16,756 bases of DNA, taken from IMG/VR virus record IMGVR_UViG_2703719347_000008; one strand, given 5' to 3'. The notes beneath the pieces were generated by a model. The model was not told where the DNA came from, ran no database searches, and was given only the letters and a program-made list of their open reading frames with translations. This DNA is from a virus (lineage: Duplodnaviria; Heunggongvirae; Uroviricota; Caudoviricetes). Both the position numbers and the translations under genes were made by a program. Below, piece after piece: positions 14,872 through 16,756 of the stretch (the stretch's first letter is position 1; the number at the start of each line of letters is the position of its first letter).

Positions 14872-16404
14872 ATGGCTAAAAAAACTCTGACAAGAGCCGA
14901 GAGGAATATCCTCTGGTGCGAAAGAAATATTTATATTCCCGAAGGTAAGTTTGTCGGCCAGCCGCTGAAAATGGCTGAGTTCATGAAGGATGACTTCAGA
15001 GCCATTTTCGACAACAAGCATGGTACACGTCGCGCAATCATCAGTCGCGGGCGAAAAAACGCCAAAACGGTGGAAACCGCCATGCTGATGCTGCTCTACC
15101 TGATAGGGCCCGAGGCTGCACCGAACTCGCAGCTGTATTCTGCGGCACGCTCACGCGACCAGGCGGCCATTCTGTTTAACCTGGCCTCGAAGATGTGCCG
15201 GATGAACCCGGTACTAATGCAGTACGTTGCGATCAAGGATTCAGCTAAAGAAATCCACTGCCCTGAGCTGGGTTCTTATTACCGCGCACTGAGTGCCGAA
15301 GCTACCACGGCCTACGGTTTCTCGCCGCGATTTGTCGCACACGACGAACTGGGCCAGGTGCGTGGTCCGCGAGATCCGCTTTATGAAGCGCTGGAAACCG
15401 CCACCGCTGCACAGGATAACCCTATTTCGATAATCATCAGCACCCAGGCGCCCGATGCGAGCGACCTGCTTAGCCTGCTGATTGATGATGGCCTGACCGG
15501 AGCCGATCCCCGGACGGTGGTCCGGCTTCAGACCGCGCCGGAAGATATCGATCCTTTCTCTGTCGAGGCAATCAGGCTGGCAAACCCGGCCTTCGATGTG
15601 TTCATGAACCAGAAAGAAGTGCTGGATATGGCCGCCAGTGCGAAACGCCTGCCGTCTCGCCAGGCAGAGTTTGAGAACCTTGTTTTAAACCGCAGGGTTG
15701 AAGCGAAAAGCCCGTTCGTTAGCCAGAGTGTATGGCATATGAACAAGGAGGAACCCGGCGAACTTGCGGGGGCTACCGTATGGGGCGGGCTCGATCTTTC
15801 CAGCGTGTCAGACCTGACCGCACTGGTGCTGAACACCACGCAGGGCGATGTGCACTGTAAATTCTGGCTACCGGAGGAAGGGCTGGCAGATAAGGCGCGT
15901 AACGATCGTGTGCCTTATGACATATGGGCGAAGCAGGGCTGGCTAAACACGACACCTGGTAAGGCTATCGAGTATGGATTTATCGCGAGGGAGCTGCGGC
16001 GCGTTTTTGATCTCTGTAACGTCAGGGCGCTGGCGTTTGACCGCTATAACATGCGCTTCCTTCGCCCGCATCTCATCGATGCTGGTTTCACAGATGTGGA
16101 GCTCGAACGATTCGTAGAGTTCGGTCAGGGGTTTGTTTCCATGTCGCCTGCTCTCAGGGAGCTGGAAGCCAAACTGCTCGGTGCGCAGCTGAAGCACGGC
16201 AATCATCCGATCCTCGAAATGTGCGCCAAAAACGCCACGGTAATCACTGACCCTGCCGGTAACCGCAAGTTTGTGAAAGGTAAGTCGAGCGGACGTATCG
16301 ACGGCATGGTAGCGCTGGCGATGTCTATTGGCGCGCAGACTAGTGACGAGGTAGAGGAGCAGGGTGACGTTAATGATTTCATTTACAACTTTTTGAGCGT
16401 GTAA
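14872..16404 (+). CDS. Terminase large subunit
   Basis: 510 aa; Walker A-like GRKNAKT near the N-terminus, Walker B-like VAHDELGQ; C-terminal nuclease region with GRIDGMVALAMSIG; canonical position. Confidence 0.9.
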   Translation: MAKKTLTRAERNILWCERNIYIPEGKFVGQPLKMAEFMKDDFRAIFDNKHGTRRAIISRGRKNAKTVETAMLMLLYLIGPEAAPNSQLYSAARSRDQAAILFNLASKMCRMNPVLMQYVAIKDSAKEIHCPELGSYYRALSAEATTAYGFSPRFVAHDELGQVRGPRDPLYEALETATAAQDNPISIIISTQAPDASDLLSLLIDDGLTGADPRTVVRLQTAPEDIDPFSVEAIRLANPAFDVFMNQKEVLDMAASAKRLPSRQAEFENLVLNRRVEAKSPFVSQSVWHMNKEEPGELAGATVWGGLDLSSVSDLTALVLNTTQGDVHCKFWLPEEGLADKARNDRVPYDIWAKQGWLNTTPGKAIEYGFIARELRRVFDLCNVRALAFDRYNMRFLRPHLIDAGFTDVELERFVEFGQGFVSMSPALRELEAKLLGAQLKHGNHPILEMCAKNATVITDPAGNRKFVKGKSSGRIDGMVALAMSIGAQTSDEVEEQGDVNDFIYNFLSV

Positions 16405-16406
16405 AA

Positions 16407-16643
16407 ATGGCAGATACCGATTACAGCATTGACCTGCGGACGCGATCGCCATTCTGGGCGCGCATGGCCTCTATCCTGACCGGCGGCCGCCTGGTGACAC
16501 CCGATAAGGGCTCGCAAATGGCGGGTACGTCAGCGCACGGTGTGGTTGGTGATTCTGTTGTGACTGATGAGCGTAATATGCAAATCAGTACGGTATGGGC
16601 CTGCATCAGGTTAATCGTAAGCGTGCAGCAAGAACCGTATTGA
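16407..16643 (+). CDS. Possible portal protein N-terminal region (ORF closes after 78 codons)
   Basis: Begins 3 nt after the TerL stop; motif ISTVWACIRLI resembles the conserved SAVWACVRLI element near the N-terminus of HK97-family portals, but an in-frame TGA occurs at 16641-16643 while another frame stays open to the window end. Confidence 0.35.
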   Translation: MADTDYSIDLRTRSPFWARMASILTGGRLVTPDKGSQMAGTSAHGVVGDSVVTDERNMQISTVWACIRLIVSVQQEPY

Positions 16644-16756
16644 CGGGGATGTGTTATTCAGTCGGCAGTGCTACGCGCCAGGGGGAGCAGTTCGCCGACC
16701 CGGTTTATCGGCCAGTCGGCTATGACGTCAAGGACATAGCGGAGGTAGCTTTCTGG

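Noticed and set aside
15943-16452. 169-aa minus-strand ORF inside the large terminase gene
   Set aside because: Entirely antisense to a confidently identified TerL coding region; composition typical of a spurious ORF in GC-rich DNA.
1-16756. Search for CRISPR arrays, transposases or IS elements, and rRNA genes
   Set aside because: No regularly spaced direct repeats with unique spacers, no transposase-like ORFs with terminal inverted repeats, and no rRNA-like segments were seen by eye.

Overview
The window reads as one contiguous stretch of a temperate, lambdoid-organised prophage with HK97-style packaging genes (HNH, P27-family small terminase, large terminase). All calls are from reading the sequence and ORF track; no database search was run. 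Left to right: integrase and excisionase (minus strand); a leftward early operon with a ParB-like protein; a CI/Cro immunity switch whose intergenic region and a distal site share a TTGCG-N5-CGCAA operator-like motif; a CII-like regulator; a replication initiator with internal iteron-like repeats; Dam methylase; RusA; a DUF968 protein; a Q-type antiterminator; a lysis cassette (two holin-like proteins, GH19 endolysin, a lipoprotein, a spanin-like pair); then HNH endonuclease, terminase subunits and a possible portal start. Two strongly AT-rich accessory insertions sit at classic moron positions: a single membrane-protein gene antisense between Q and the holin (8775-9371), and a four-gene cassette between the spanins and the packaging module (11599-13733). 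The four-gene cassette has no motifs I can recognise and is the best candidate for an undescribed system, most plausibly defence, abortive infection or superinfection exclusion. No rRNA, tRNA, CRISPR array or transposase was seen.
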